The notes below the pieces were generated by a model. The model was not told where the DNA came from, did not search any database, and saw only the letters and a program-made list of their open reading frames with translations. The position numbers and the translations under genes are program-made. 64,000 bases of DNA from Minutocellus sp. GHC0000111 (taxonomy: Eukaryota), in contig OZ361259.1 of NCBI GenBank assembly GCA_977018835.1, forward strand, positions 62,001-126,000, given 5' to 3'. Of the stretch, positions 9,652 through 21,874 are shown in pieces (the stretch's first letter is position 1; each line of letters opens with the position of its first letter).

Positions 9652-11647
9652 ATGAGCGACGTGCCGCAATTCTTCGGCATCACCTTTGGGTCAGGAGACT
9701 TTATCGGTCTCTTTTCCCTGTTCTTCGACAACCTGTCGACTCTTCTCGGCCTTTCCTTTGCCATCCTTGGTCTCTCGTCGACATCGACGATCCTCCCTGA
9801 TATCGTCTTCAAGCGCATCGTCCCAGCTGCTGGGATCATGCTCTTCCTTGGCAACTGCTACTACACTCATCAAGCCATCCGTATGACGAAGAAGTACAAC
9901 CGTCCTTACACGGCGCAGCCCTATGGTCTGAATACCGCCGGTGGCTTCCCCTTTGTATTTGGTATTATCTACGGAGTCTACTATGCTTACTCTCCAGTCT
10001 GTACCGAGGCTGGATGCCCGGCTGATTCTGGCTTTGCCGATCCCCTCTCCGAGGAGAACTAGGCCTACCGCGTAGAATTGGCTTGGAAGGTTTGTGTCAG
10101 TGCCAACTTCCTCACCGGTCTAATCAACATCTTCCTTGGCTTCTTTGGCCAGCTGCTTCTCAAGGCCTTCCCCGTCGCCGCCATGCTTGTCCCGCTCGCC
10201 GGCATTGGTTTCACTTGGCTTGCTCTGAATCAGATCGCTCCAACTTCGAGACGCCTGCCATCGGTCTCATCCCCGTCTACCTTATCTTCACGCAATATTA
10301 TGGTTTGGGCCGCTTCCATATCTGCAAGGGTTGGTATGTCCCGGAAGCTCTTCCTGTCGCCATCTTTGGCATTGTAGCAGGCTGGGCTTATGGACTCCAG
10401 AGTGGAGTTGCTCCCCCCGTCACCCCCGGTGCCTGGATCGGCGGCGCATTCTATGAAGGATTTAGAGACATTGGCCCCTACATTGGCGTCGTGCTCCCCT
10501 TTTCAATCGCTGCTAGTTTCACTGACATGATGTGCCTTGTAAGTGCTCAGAAGGCTGGAGACCCATACCCCATTCGCGAGACCATGATCAGTGATGGAAT
10601 TGGAACGCTTCTTGGTGCCATCCTTGGCTCTCCTTTTGGTACTGTCATCTACATCGGCCATCCCGTCCACAAGCGCGTCGGAGCCCGTACTGGCTACTCC
10701 ATCATGAACGGAGTCATTTATCTGATCATTTGCCTCGTAGGTATTGTGCCTTCCATTCTATCTCTCATCCCAGCCATTGCCATTGGACCCGTCATCTTCA
10801 TCTTTGGATTGATGATTTGTGAGGAATGCACCAAGCACATTAACCAACGCCACCACAGCGCAATCTTTTTCGGTATATTCTTTGGTATTGCTGACTACAT
10901 CTATACTGCCTTCCAGCCGTCAGCTACGAACAACGGCATCAATGCCATGAGCAAGGGTAGCGCTCTTGCGTCCATGCTGTGGGTTAGTATCATTGTCTAT
11001 ACCACTGACCGTCGCTGGGTGCGAGCTGCAATCTTTTCTACTGGTAAGTGAGGTTTTTATTATTTGTTTATGCGTGGTATTCGGGCAAAAAGCATTTTCT
11101 CACATCGGTGCCTTCTCGTTATTTCTTTTCAGTCGCCGCCTTCTTCGCTGGGTGTGGAATTATCCACCAAAATGCGGCCTTCCAGAATTTTACCACTGGA
11201 TTCCAGGGTATTCCCAACTCATCCCCGGCTCAGTTTATGGCTGGATACTTGAGCATGGCTGCTGTCGCACTGATTATGTTTGCTCTCCAGAAATTTCAGG
11301 GCAAGAAAACGGAGCCCGGCGAACCTGGATACGCCAGCGACCATGGCTATCTTCCGCCTATCAAAGAGAAGGGAGTTGACAATCTCTTCAAGACTTGGTG
11401 GGACCCAGCAACCGAAAAATTGGATGCCGACGAGACCACCAAGTTTGGAGACGAAGCCTTCGCCGACGAGGAAGAAGACCTTGAGGGCATCAACAAGCCC
11501 AAGAAGGGCAAGCGTCTCGCCGGTGCCGAGTCTATGGGTGTTGGCGTCCCCGTTCTTACGCCTGCTCGTGCTTTCAAAGATCCTGCCGTGCCCGAAGAGC
11601 CTATTCCCGAGTCCACCGAGGAAGAAGGCAAGGTTGAAGAGCCCTAG
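9652..11647 (+). pseudogene. NCS2/AzgA-like (xanthine/uracil-type) permease with in-frame TAG (10060-10062) and frameshift (~10240); intron 11044-11132
   Basis: GDFIGLFSLFFDNL, YTAQPYGLNT, AWKVCVSANFLTGL, SAQKAGDPY..RETMISDGIGTLLGAILGSPFGTVIYIGHP.HKRVGARTGYS, and many TM segments. Confidence 0.85.
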
Positions 11648-11799
11648 ATACCCCCTCCCCTTTATCTATTTTTGTTTTGAATTGCATTTATCGTAATTTA
11701 TGGCAGAGAATCTTCTTTTGCCTTTTTGATTTTGAGATTATCAGTCCACATGTACACTTATTTGACGTGGACGATTTTTTATAACATAGCACACAAAAT

Positions 11800-13299
11800 T
11801 TAACCGGCTGAAATCATCTTCGACTGGCGCAACCGGGCCAATTCCTCCTTCTTTTCTCTACGGAGCCCTTTCGCAATTATATAACAACAGTAGAAGCACG
11901 GTAGGCATGCAAGCAAATAGAATAGATTCGGAACAAAGAAGTTTCCGTCGAGCTGCTGAACCGCAGCATTTGATAGAGGAATGTTTATCAGACCGAGAAG
12001 GCCTCCTCCGAGAATTAAGAAACCATAGCTTTTGCCAACAACCTCTCCCGACATGAAGGCAGGAAGGCACGAAAAGCTCACACTGAACAAGAAACACCTA
12101 TAGAAGGAATAGAACACAAAGCCGATGATCTGAACATTCAGGTTCGCGGAAGATACCTGGACAATGCCTTGAATGATGGCAAGAAGGTTGACAACTCCCA
12201 AGCCGACACCATATCCATATCTTTGTAAGATGATGTCGACAAAAGGTAGTCCCAAGACAGATGCTGGTGTGAGGAGAGTAAATATCTTCAAGTAGCGATT
12301 ACCAGTCTCATCATCGCCAAGGTAGGCCAAGAAGTCACGTGTTGTAGTAAGGACCCAGATATTTCTTGATTGATGAAAAGCAAAGAATATTGCCAGAAAT
12401 GTATAAGTTGATGAAAGGAACTGTTTCATCGGCGGTCTGTCGGCAATCATGATGTAAGATTCTCTCGGATTTTCTAACCTAGCAGTGTCATCAGATACAA
12501 ACATGTCATCGTCTAAATTGTTTGGTGCATCTTCTTGATCTTTTGTATCGCCGGCAGTTTCACCAGAAGCCACCATGTCGTTATCACTATTATTTTTGCC
12601 GTCGTCTTCTTTTGCTATTATTAAGTGGTCAACAAATATCCAGCAAATTGCAGCAATACCGACAATAAAGACAAAGACACACAAATATATCAGCATAAGC
12701 GCTGGTAGCTCCAACGAAGAATTCTGCTCGATCTGATACAACACCAAGTAAGTTATCGCCCCAGCATCAAAGAGGGCGTTCAATCCAGATATTGCGCGGT
12801 TCCTATCTCTGCCTTGTTGATAGGTCAGCCCGGTTTGTACTGTAAAGAGTCCACCTACATTCGCCATGAATCCGAGCAAAATAAAGGCTGGGAATAACAT
12901 TGCATTGATGCGAAAGTAGGTCGCTGCTGCCAAAAGTGCGAGACCAGACGCCCCAAACAAAAACATTATCACTATCATAACGAATGGGCCAAACTTGTCC
13001 ACTGAAGCACCGAGCAATGGGCTGCTAATCAATGTGAGCTGCCCAACAAATTGCACATTGAGAAGAGTTGCCGTCTGATCTGGGCAGGGATATGGCTCGT
13101 CCTCAGAACAAAGACTTGCGAACGAGCCATAATCTTCAAGCATAAGCTGCATGGGACCATAGCCAAAGAATGCTCCACAGTAAAGAAAGATATAGAGAGC
13201 AGTGGCTGTGAAGAGAGCTGAGCGGACGTGGTGTTTGGGTTTGGGTTCTGTTTCGTCTGGCGGGGATTGAGATTGGTTGAGTTCATTTTGGCTCTCCAT
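11800..13299 (-). CDS. MFS transporter, SLC43/LAT3/FMP42-like (probable amino-acid transporter)
   Basis: ~12 hydrophobic segments, GAFFGYGPMQLML, LGASVDKFGP, ISGLNALFDAG, YRCFLFS. Intact 499 aa. Confidence 0.8.
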   Translation of the reverse strand: MESQNELNQSQSPPDETEPKPKHHVRSALFTATALYIFLYCGAFFGYGPMQLMLEDYGSFASLCSEDEPYPCPDQTATLLNVQFVGQLTLISSPLLGASVDKFGPFVMIVIMFLFGASGLALLAAATYFRINAMLFPAFILLGFMANVGGLFTVQTGLTYQQGRDRNRAISGLNALFDAGAITYLVLYQIEQNSSLELPALMLIYLCVFVFIVGIAAICWIFVDHLIIAKEDDGKNNSDNDMVASGETAGDTKDQEDAPNNLDDDMFVSDDTARLENPRESYIMIADRPPMKQFLSSTYTFLAIFFAFHQSRNIWVLTTTRDFLAYLGDDETGNRYLKIFTLLTPASVLGLPFVDIILQRYGYGVGLGVVNLLAIIQGIVQVSSANLNVQIIGFVFYSFYRCFLFSVSFSCLPAFMSGEVVGKSYGFLILGGGLLGLINIPLSNAAVQQLDGNFFVPNLFYLLACLPCFYCCYIIAKGLRREKKEELARLRQSKMISAG

Positions 13300-13706
13300 T
13301 ATGCCACCGCCCCCTCAATTCGCTGCAATAATTTATTACTTGCGCTTTCAATGCAATAGACTCGGGATGAATGCGTAGCTCGTAGAGGTCCATGCATCGA
13401 CAGCGGCCGCTTCGACGCTTGGCCATCTTCGTCATGCTTGTCATGGCTCTGCGCCGGAATTTGGGTCGAATCCAAAAACCAGAATTCGGCATTGGAGTAC
13501 TTTCACCGAATGTCAAGAGCCGCCGGTCGTCCGGCCATCTCGGAGCAGGCCGGCGGTGCCGCAATTGTACCGGTAGTAGATCTAGAGATCTACCACATTG
13601 ACGATGATGTAGGCTTTCAAGGCGTTTAAGGAGTTATACATGTATATAGAAACAATACAAATGCCATCCTTCTTGATCTGCAAAACAAACGCTGCCACCA
13701 GCATCA

Positions 13707-16567
13707 TCATTGAACGGTGTCGGCCGCACAGCATGTCAAACCAAAGATGGATATCGGTTCCTCTCGAGAAAGTAGTGACGTAACAATGCCGCCCTTGGAT
13801 TGCGATTTCGTTGCGCTACTTGACCTTGAACCATTCGCCAGCAGTTTTGCTTCAGCATCGTCCTGCCATCTCCACCAATAATTGTACGCCTCAACCTTTT
13901 CACCATTGGCGCTCTTGGCAATATTATTGGCAATCAAGACATCATCGATTGCCCCCAGATTTCGCACCTTGGTGCTCCCGAACGACATTTGTTGTGCTGC
14001 CAATAATGCGGTGGGAAAGGGACTGATTGAGGAACTGTTGTCCCATGGTGCCTTGTCAGTGCCCTTTTTGGGGGCTCGGCTTCGAAGGATTGGTCGGTCG
14101 AATATGTCATCCCTCGGAATAGCCCCGGGCATTCTTTTCTCTACAACTATGGAGTCCAAATCGCGTTTGATCTCAAGTGGAAGATCATAGTCCCAAGCCT
14201 TGACAATGACGCCGTTGGATATGTCATCTTTGACCTCACCCTCAAAGATGAGAAATTGCATTCTCAACATGAGCTGGCTTGCGGCGTGCCGTCCTGCCGG
14301 AGTTACGTCATCGCAATGCAAATACGACGTGAAGATTTTTTCTGCCTGATTACCAAACCGAAAGTGCTCCGGCAAAAAGGGGTGCTTGAATCCAAAGTTG
14401 GAGAGCAGATACAAGGAGAAGCAGGCATGTTCGGCTGCCTCTGGGTCGATAGTTGAAGAGCCAAGGACCGCATGCTGCGCCAAAGCAAGAAGAAGGAGGG
14501 CATTCAGTCTTATGCCGACATTGGTAGCAATTGTTCTCTGATTCTCTGCGCTGGTAAGGATGCATCGGATGGCGCACAAAACATTCTTGGCCGAATATGT
14601 TGCCGCCGAATAACCGCCCCGTCCTTCCTTGGCCCGATGACGCAACGCATTGGCCAACAACTCCACGAGCAATGGCGCCTCGGACGAATTGGTCAGCATC
14701 GAGGATCGCTCCGTTCGAGAATAATACGCCGTCGTTTCCGAACTTGCTCGATTCTGACCAAAGTGCCCCTCGCTGGCAAGTAGGAAAGCCACCGCCATTC
14801 GTGCCTTGAGGCATTGGAATGCCAGTTGCTTATGTTGGTCCGTCTCGGCGGGTCGACCTCTCAATCGCTTTGTAGCTGTCTTGATGATGGTGCCCAGTGG
14901 CCTGGCGGCATCAAATTCGCGCAAATACGGCCTTGCCGCCGATACCGCCGACATGTTGAGTATGGTAAACAACGCAGCATCCTGCAGGGAGTTGGCATCC
15001 CACATTGATGGATCGTTGGCCAACTCTGCTTGGGATTCCTCCTCTTCACCATTCCAAACGCAAGTCGATCCACAGGCAAGACCGGGCGCATCATCTCCTC
15101 CCGCTCCCGCTCCTCCTGTTCTGGCACTGGCACCACCGTTTGCGGTTCCATCCACAATGCCATTTGACATCATTATCGTCATCCGAGCCACTCACGGTCA
15201 CAAACTTGAGAATTAGCGGTACGATGGACGTTTCCATCAGTGCATGGGCCGCCAGGGGATCCTTGGAGGGTCGGGTGAGATTCTTCAGCGCGCACAGGCA
15301 CCACCGCGCCGTCTCGGCGTACATGAGATGGCCGGAATCGAACACCGCCAGGCCTGCCTCCGGATACGGCCGGTCCACCAACGACGGGCGGTACTTGCGA
15401 TCCTCCGACAGCGCGGCCGCCAGCAGCTTGCGCGGGCTGAGGTTGATCTCCTCGGCCCCCGTCCGGCCCATGTATTTGATGGTGTGGTCGTTCGGGTCGA
15501 TCAGTGGCGGCCGTGCGGCGTGTTCCTCCGGCGTCAGCGTTGCCATGAGCAGCGTGTACGACAGCGCATCGACCAGCTGCACCGAGGACGACGGTGCCAC
15601 CAGTTCCCTCCGCAGGTCGGCATCGGCAAAGCTGAGGTTGACCAGCACGATGGCCATGAGGTGGCACGACGGGTCGATGCACAAGAGGCGCGATAGCAAA
15701 TGAGCCCCGCCGTGGTCCATGGCAATGAGCTGGCACGAAATTGTAAAATGCGGGGGATAAAATTTCGCGTGAGATGAAGCAACACAAACTTGGAATTGCA
15801 TTGCAACAACTTTTATATCCAAGCGCATACTCAAAATGCATGCTACCAACTCACCCTCTTGTTGTCGGTGGGGATGCTAATGTTGTTGAGCACCAGCAAA
15901 GCCAGATACTGCTCGCTGCTGCCCCGCTCGCACCGCCTCAAGAAGCCCAGCAAAACCGGCACCAGCCGTCCCCCGTCCTGCCGGACCATGGCCGTGAAGT
16001 TGCTTCGCTTTCCGATGGGGGCTTGCCGCCGTTGACGGTGCTCCCACCGTTGTTGCCGCCGTGCTCGGACAGAGAAAAGAGAGTCCGCAAGGCCCTCGCG
16101 GGAACGTCCCCGGAGGCCGTGGGGGCGGTCTCCAGGTCGCGCACAAGGCCGGGGATGAGGGCCATCGAGGGGTTGACGCCCGCAGAGTTGTCGGCGGTGG
16201 GAGTCAGCGCCGCGGCTGCACCGGCTGCGCCTGTGGCTGTATAACCGTCCGATGACGACGACGACGGATGGTGATGGGCGTGCTCCTTGTTCATCCGCCG
16301 ATGCGGATTCTTGCCGCGGTAGTGGTAGTCGTGCTCCCCTTGTGCGGCGGCGGCGGTGCGATGCGCGCCACTGCTGATGCTATTGCCGTTCATGGTGCTC
16401 CCCAGGTAGCTGCTGCCGTTGCCGAGGGTGCTGCCGCCGCCATGATTAATACTATCCTGCGGTGCGGGCCGGTGGCGGCTGCCATTCCGGGTGCTGGCGC
16501 TGGAGGACGACGTGCCGCCGCCGCCGCCGCCCTGCTTGGTCTTTTTCATCTTTTTGAGGAATCCCAT
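13707..16567 (-). pseudogene. Armadillo-like helical repeat protein with two apparent frameshifts (~16020, ~15170); intron 15730-15854
   Basis: Helical blocks (LALLVLNNISIP, IVLVNLSF, LCALKNLT, ILNMSA) lie in three different frames. Intron GTGAGT...CAG. Confidence 0.65.
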
Positions 16568-17531
16568 CTTGGAACTAATCAAGGATATGGGATGAGGAGC
16601 CGGCTAGACGTTGTCAGTTGTGCCGTTTCCCCAAGCAATGCTCGTATCAGTATTGCTGAATTGATGGCCAAGTCCCGAAAAGGAGCACCGACAAGACTTG
16701 ACCTGCAATTTTTGGTTTTTCGCGCCACACACGAGATGTGCCGATTTTTTTTTCAAATGCACTCCTCCGCGAAAGATACAAGGCCGAAGGCCTGAGGATT
16801 AGATATACGTTCCTCAATGGCAATGCGCCGATACGGGGAGACTGCTTGCTCAACGCGCAACGTGGCCGCCTTGCACCACCAATTCGATCAAAATAAATTG
16901 GCGCCATCGCATTGCTTGGCGGAGGCGCCACGACGGGCAGGAGATTTGAGATTTGGCAAGCCTGCCGGGCCTTCACCATGCATGACATTGTGGGTATTTT
17001 TGAGGAGATATTCGTCGTTTTACCACCTCATCGTAGCGTCACAGAAAGCACTTTGCTGCGTCCATGTCGGTCGAGCGGGTCCATTTTGAGCGAAGAGAAA
17101 CCAATCGACCGCCAAAACCGCCAGCGAGAGCTGCAGAGCGAGGGCGGCACAAAAATGGCCACGGCCACCCGGAGACGTCAACGTGAAAGCGCCTCCGATA
17201 CATTGACCAGAGACTTGAGAGATACGACCGACTCGGCGTGCGTGGCCGATACAGAGTCAGGCAGACGCTCTTCCAAACCGTCGGTTTGTGGCAAGGGAGG
17301 GTGAATTTGGTTTCATTCAAAGCCAGGTTCAGTCGTCCTTTGGCCTTGCCCGGACTGGACTGCATCTCTCTCGTCGATCGGTCTTTTTGCGAGACGTGAC
17401 GTGACTTGATTTTCGACGGTGCCCTTACCTTGGCCGCATTGCTATTGAGATACACTTTGCAGCAAGCAGTGCAAGGGCTCTGGCCGACTGTATTTTCAAG
17501 TGAACATCGGGAGATCGAACGAAGTACCAAA

Positions 17532-19992
17532 ATGTCGGGCGGCGAAGGAACGGCTGGAGGAGGACCGCCCATGATCCCCCCTCCGTCTCCGGGGAACAAT
17601 TCGGTCGCCAGCGGCCTGACTTCGGCGTCGGGCGGGCCTGGGGGGTCGGTCGTTTCGGCCGGTACTGCCACCGCTGGTAGTGCGGCGCCGTCGCAAACCA
17701 CGACGCCATTGCGGAATGCTTCGGGCGGACAGCAGCAGCAGCAACAACAATTCACGGCCGCGACCGCCGCGGCGCTCGCGCCGGCCTGGCCCAATCTGTC
17801 CAGCGGCGGCGGCGTCCCGTCGAGTCCGGTGGCTCGGACCAATACGGCAAACGCAAACGCAAATGCAATGCCTGGAACTCCATTGCAGCAGACCAAGGCG
17901 GTACTATCGGCGCAGCAGCAGCAGGGCACGCCCCTCGTGGCGGCGGCCAGTCCCGGAGGAGCTGGCGGTGGACAGGCCCCCTATGCAAGTCCCGGACCGG
18001 CGGCTGCTGCTGCAAGCGGCGGCGGAGCTGTTAATACGACGCCCATGCGAGCGCCACAAAACACTGCGGCTGCAGCAGCGGCGATATCGTCGCCCAGCAA
18101 TGCCTCCCAACAACAACAACAACAGTCCATCGGTCCGCCCCCGCCGACGCCCGTCCAGCCCCACCCGGGAGCCCCTCCGCCGCTCGTGCCGTCCCTCTCC
18201 ACGCAAACGTCGGCCAGCGCCGCCAGCACCGAGCAGGGGGTGGCGCTGGGGGTCGAGGCCCTCGAGAGGCAGCAGGCCCTGGTCGAGCAGCGACGGGCCA
18301 GCGCGGCGGCCGTGGTCAGGCAAAGGCAGGCGCAGTTCCAGGCCCAGCAGGCTCAACAACAGCAGGCTCAACAGCAGCTTCAGGCAAGGAACCAACAACA
18401 GCAGCAGACAAGACATCCGCAGGCCCCGCCCTCGATGCCGACGGGTGCCGGTGGTGCCAGCGGTGGGATGCCACCGTCGTATCCGGTGCCACGATATCCC
18501 GGCGGCACCGACGACGACACGGTCCCCAGCTCCGTCAGCGGGGGAGGAGGAGGCGCTGTAGCTGCAACAGCTACCTCAAGGCCAAGGAGCGGCAGCAACA
18601 GCGGTGGTAGCAGCAATGTTCGCAGGTCCGGGTCGTTCGCCAAGCTCCTCACGCCGTTGGTAAGTTATGTTTTTTCTTTTTTGAGTTTCAGCAGGCATGC
18701 ATTGTATACGTACAAAGGTGGCATTGGTTTTTGGGGGGGACACTCAATCAACACTACTCACTCATCCTTAACTTTTTTAACACTTCACATCTCTGCCCCT
18801 TGTTCCCATAAATGTCTCTCCACAGAAACGGCTATCGTCGACGGGACCCGAAGGAAAGGAGGGGAAGACCCCGTCGAGCGCTGCCGGTACCGAGCTCATG
18901 TCCCCACCGCCCGGTCAGCCGCAGCAATTGCGGCAGCGCAACAACCCGGCCGGGGATGACAATGACGACGACGACCCAGAAGAAGGGATGTGGGCCGACC
19001 ACGAGGTGAAGCCGTTGGTGTACGGCTACCTGCACAAGCTCGGTCGGAACGGGCAGTGGCAGAAGCGCTTCTTCGAGACCGACGGAGAGTGCCTCACGTA
19101 CTACAAGACCCGCAAACGGACCAAGTTGCTGGCCAGCCTCGATCTGCTCAAGGTGGGCGACATCCGCTGCGACGAGGAGGATCCCGAGGGATGCGTCTTT
19201 GCCATCCAGGTGTCCGACCGGCCCTACTACCTCCGGGCCGAGACCAAGGCCGCGTGCAAGGACTGGGTGATCAACCTGAACCGCGTGCGGGAGGCTCGGT
19301 TGGAGATTGGCGGCATTCAGCTGGTCCAGCCGCACTTTAGTCATGAGTACAATGAGATTGAGGTGGTCGATGGCGGGAGTGCCGGCGGCGGCGGCGGTGG
19401 TGATCGGAATCGATCGGAGTCGGACGAGTATGCCGCCAGGGTTGTTATGATTGCCAATCGCAACCGAACGAGGGCCATTGCTACGACGGAAACGGAGGAG
19501 TCGCTCAAGAAAATGATTCAGAACCAGAGAGCGAGCAGTGTGGACTTTGGCGGTGCTTCCGCGGCCGATCTCTTGAACGCCCCGCCATCGCCAGGCAAGT
19601 CTGGAACGGAGGGTGGCCTTAGCCTTCCTCATTCTCCTGGCGGCCGAGTGTTGGCCGACCATCTTCCGCCCGTCGTCCTTGCCCGGTGGCAGAAGCGCCG
19701 GTCCAACCTCCAGCGCCTCCGGTATCGACTGACTCAGTGGGCCCGCAAGATCAACGTGATGGCCTGCACGGTCATCCCTCACCACGACGTGGCGCACGAG
19801 TACACTCCCGACACTGCCAACTTCGCCGCCGATCACGTTTCCGGTGCCGGTGCCGCCGTCCGTGGCACCGCCAAGCTTAGCGACATTGACGAGCACAGCC
19901 GCGAGCAGGATGTGCACCAAGTCGACAGCGCCATCTCCTCCGGCGGCGAAAGCGGCGGCGATTACGACGAGGAACCCCGCGAGCTTTCTTAG
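17532..19992 (+). CDS. PH-domain protein with long Q/A/P/G-rich N-terminus (intron 18660-18825)
   Basis: GYLHKLGRNGQWQKRFF...YYLRAETKAACKDWVINL PH motif. Intron splices in frame. Confidence 0.85.
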
Positions 19993-20201
19993 TATGAGCA
20001 GGCAGCTGTACAGTGCCAGTGTTGAACGATTATTATATATATGCACGATTGTGATCTTAGAACAAAAGCTGGGTGTACTGCCGTTGCTTTCTTCGTTCTC
20101 CTATTTATGGTTTATAAAATATATACGTATGTTGATGTGAAACAATATCTATTGATTGTTATAATTGATGCTTGCTACGGTAGCTAGCATGCATAGCTCG
20201 C

Positions 20202-21628
20202 TTACTCTGTCTCTGCTGCGGCCTCATCGTTCTGGTCCCTGGACCATATGGAAAGACCGATTCCGCCGGACAATATTGTTGCCACAAATGCCAGCGCAAC
20301 CTCCGTGGCGATTTCAAAGCCCAGATATTCCGCAATCATCTTCGATCCGATAAAACGCAGGACGACCGCCACGGCAGGTTCCAAATATTCCAGATCGGAC
20401 GCCGCCTTGGACAGGATCGTGTAGAGACTCCGAAGTCCCATAATAGCAAACATGTTCGACGTAAACACAACCAATGGGTTCTATTGAGGTTTGGAAAAGG
20501 GAAATGTCGGTTAGTAAGAGAAATATGAAAATATATTATGCAATCATCGAAGCAAATCACTGAGCAAGACCTTTCCCGACCCCCCCTTTCCCCCAAAGCT
20601 CCAACTCAGCTCACCTCTGTAACACCAAAGACGGCGGGGATACTATCGACGGCAAAGACGACGTCACTAATCTCCACAGCAATCATACAAATGAACAGAG
20701 GCGTGGCCTTCTTCACTCCCTCAATGACGGTGAAGAAACGATCACCGTCGTAATCATCGGACGAATCGATCAGCTTCCGGCTGAACTGCACGATGGTATT
20801 TTCCGACATGTCCTCCTCCTCGTCATCGTCTCCGCCAAGCAGAACATTGGCCGAGGAGTAGACCAAAATACCCGCAAATACCAGCAGGATGGCATGGAAC
20901 TGCTTCAATGCCGCCGCACCGACGCCGATGAGGACGGCCCGCATCACAATGGCTCCGTAGATGCCCCAATTCAACACCCGGTCCTGATACGACAGGGGGA
21001 CCTTGAAGTAGTCAAACAGCAGAAGGAAGACGAACAGATTGTCCACGCTGAGACTTTGCTCGACGAGATACCCGGCGACGAACTCCTCGGCCGTGACGGG
21101 ACCGGCCAACGCGAAGAGGCCGGCGGCGAAGACGGCGGCACCGCCCACCCAGGCCAGGGTCCTGCCGATGGCCTGCTGGTAGATGTCGTCGGGGAGGGGC
21201 TCGTCGAGGAGGACGGTGGGAAGGCCGCCGGGCGACAGGGCCGATTTGGTCGGGTTTTGGTCGGTCTCGCCACCCTTGACGGCATCCTTGCTCATTCGGA
21301 GGGCCGTCGGAGTCAAACTACTGCCCGCAGTACTGCTCCGACGAGCTGCTGAGATACCACCAACGCCCAATCCTATTTGTCGAGAAATGCATCCATTCTT
21401 ATTAGTGTTGCCGCTAATATTGACCGAAATCCCGCCAAAGGCGGCAGATACCGCAGAAGAAGCCGAGGGAGCACAAGCTGCTGCTGATGCTGGGCCCGCA
21501 GCAGCAGCAGGCCCGAACGCCGCGGTCGGCGAAGTCAGGCATGCCGCCGCCGCGACGCACGCCAACGATATTCTCCTGCCGGAAGATACTACAGATGGCA
21601 CCAGCGGCCGTCGGCTGTTGTTTGGCAT
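20202..21628 (-). CDS. terC: Plastid TerC family membrane protein (intron 20481-20614); start approximate
   Basis: GYLVEQSLSVDNLFVF, LNWGIYGAIVMR, EISDVVFAVDSIPAVFGVTE|NPLVVFTSNMFAIMGLRSLY. Targeting leader ending TAAF. Confidence 0.92.
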
Positions 21629-21874
21629 GATAGCGCTGCTGATGCTCATGCTGTGCATGAATGAGCGAGGGCAATACGAGCTCGTAGTAGGCCTACTGAG
21701 TGGTGGGAGCAGCCGAGAGCGGCGGCGGCAAAGGTGTGGATCGCCATGGTCGGTCGGGCGTCGGGCACATACGTGGCACAAAAGTGGCCTCGTCATATCG
21801 ACGTAAGCTGTTTTTGGGAAACGCTCGATCTTCGCCACACCGCCACACACTTTTCGGATCCGCCGACCTTCAAG

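Noticed and set aside
13283..13629. Short ORFs between the MFS and ARM-like genes
   Set aside because: No recognisable motifs or consistent gene structure.
17720..18410. CAG/CAA tracts as a distinct repeat element
   Set aside because: They are ordinary polyglutamine low-complexity coding sequence.
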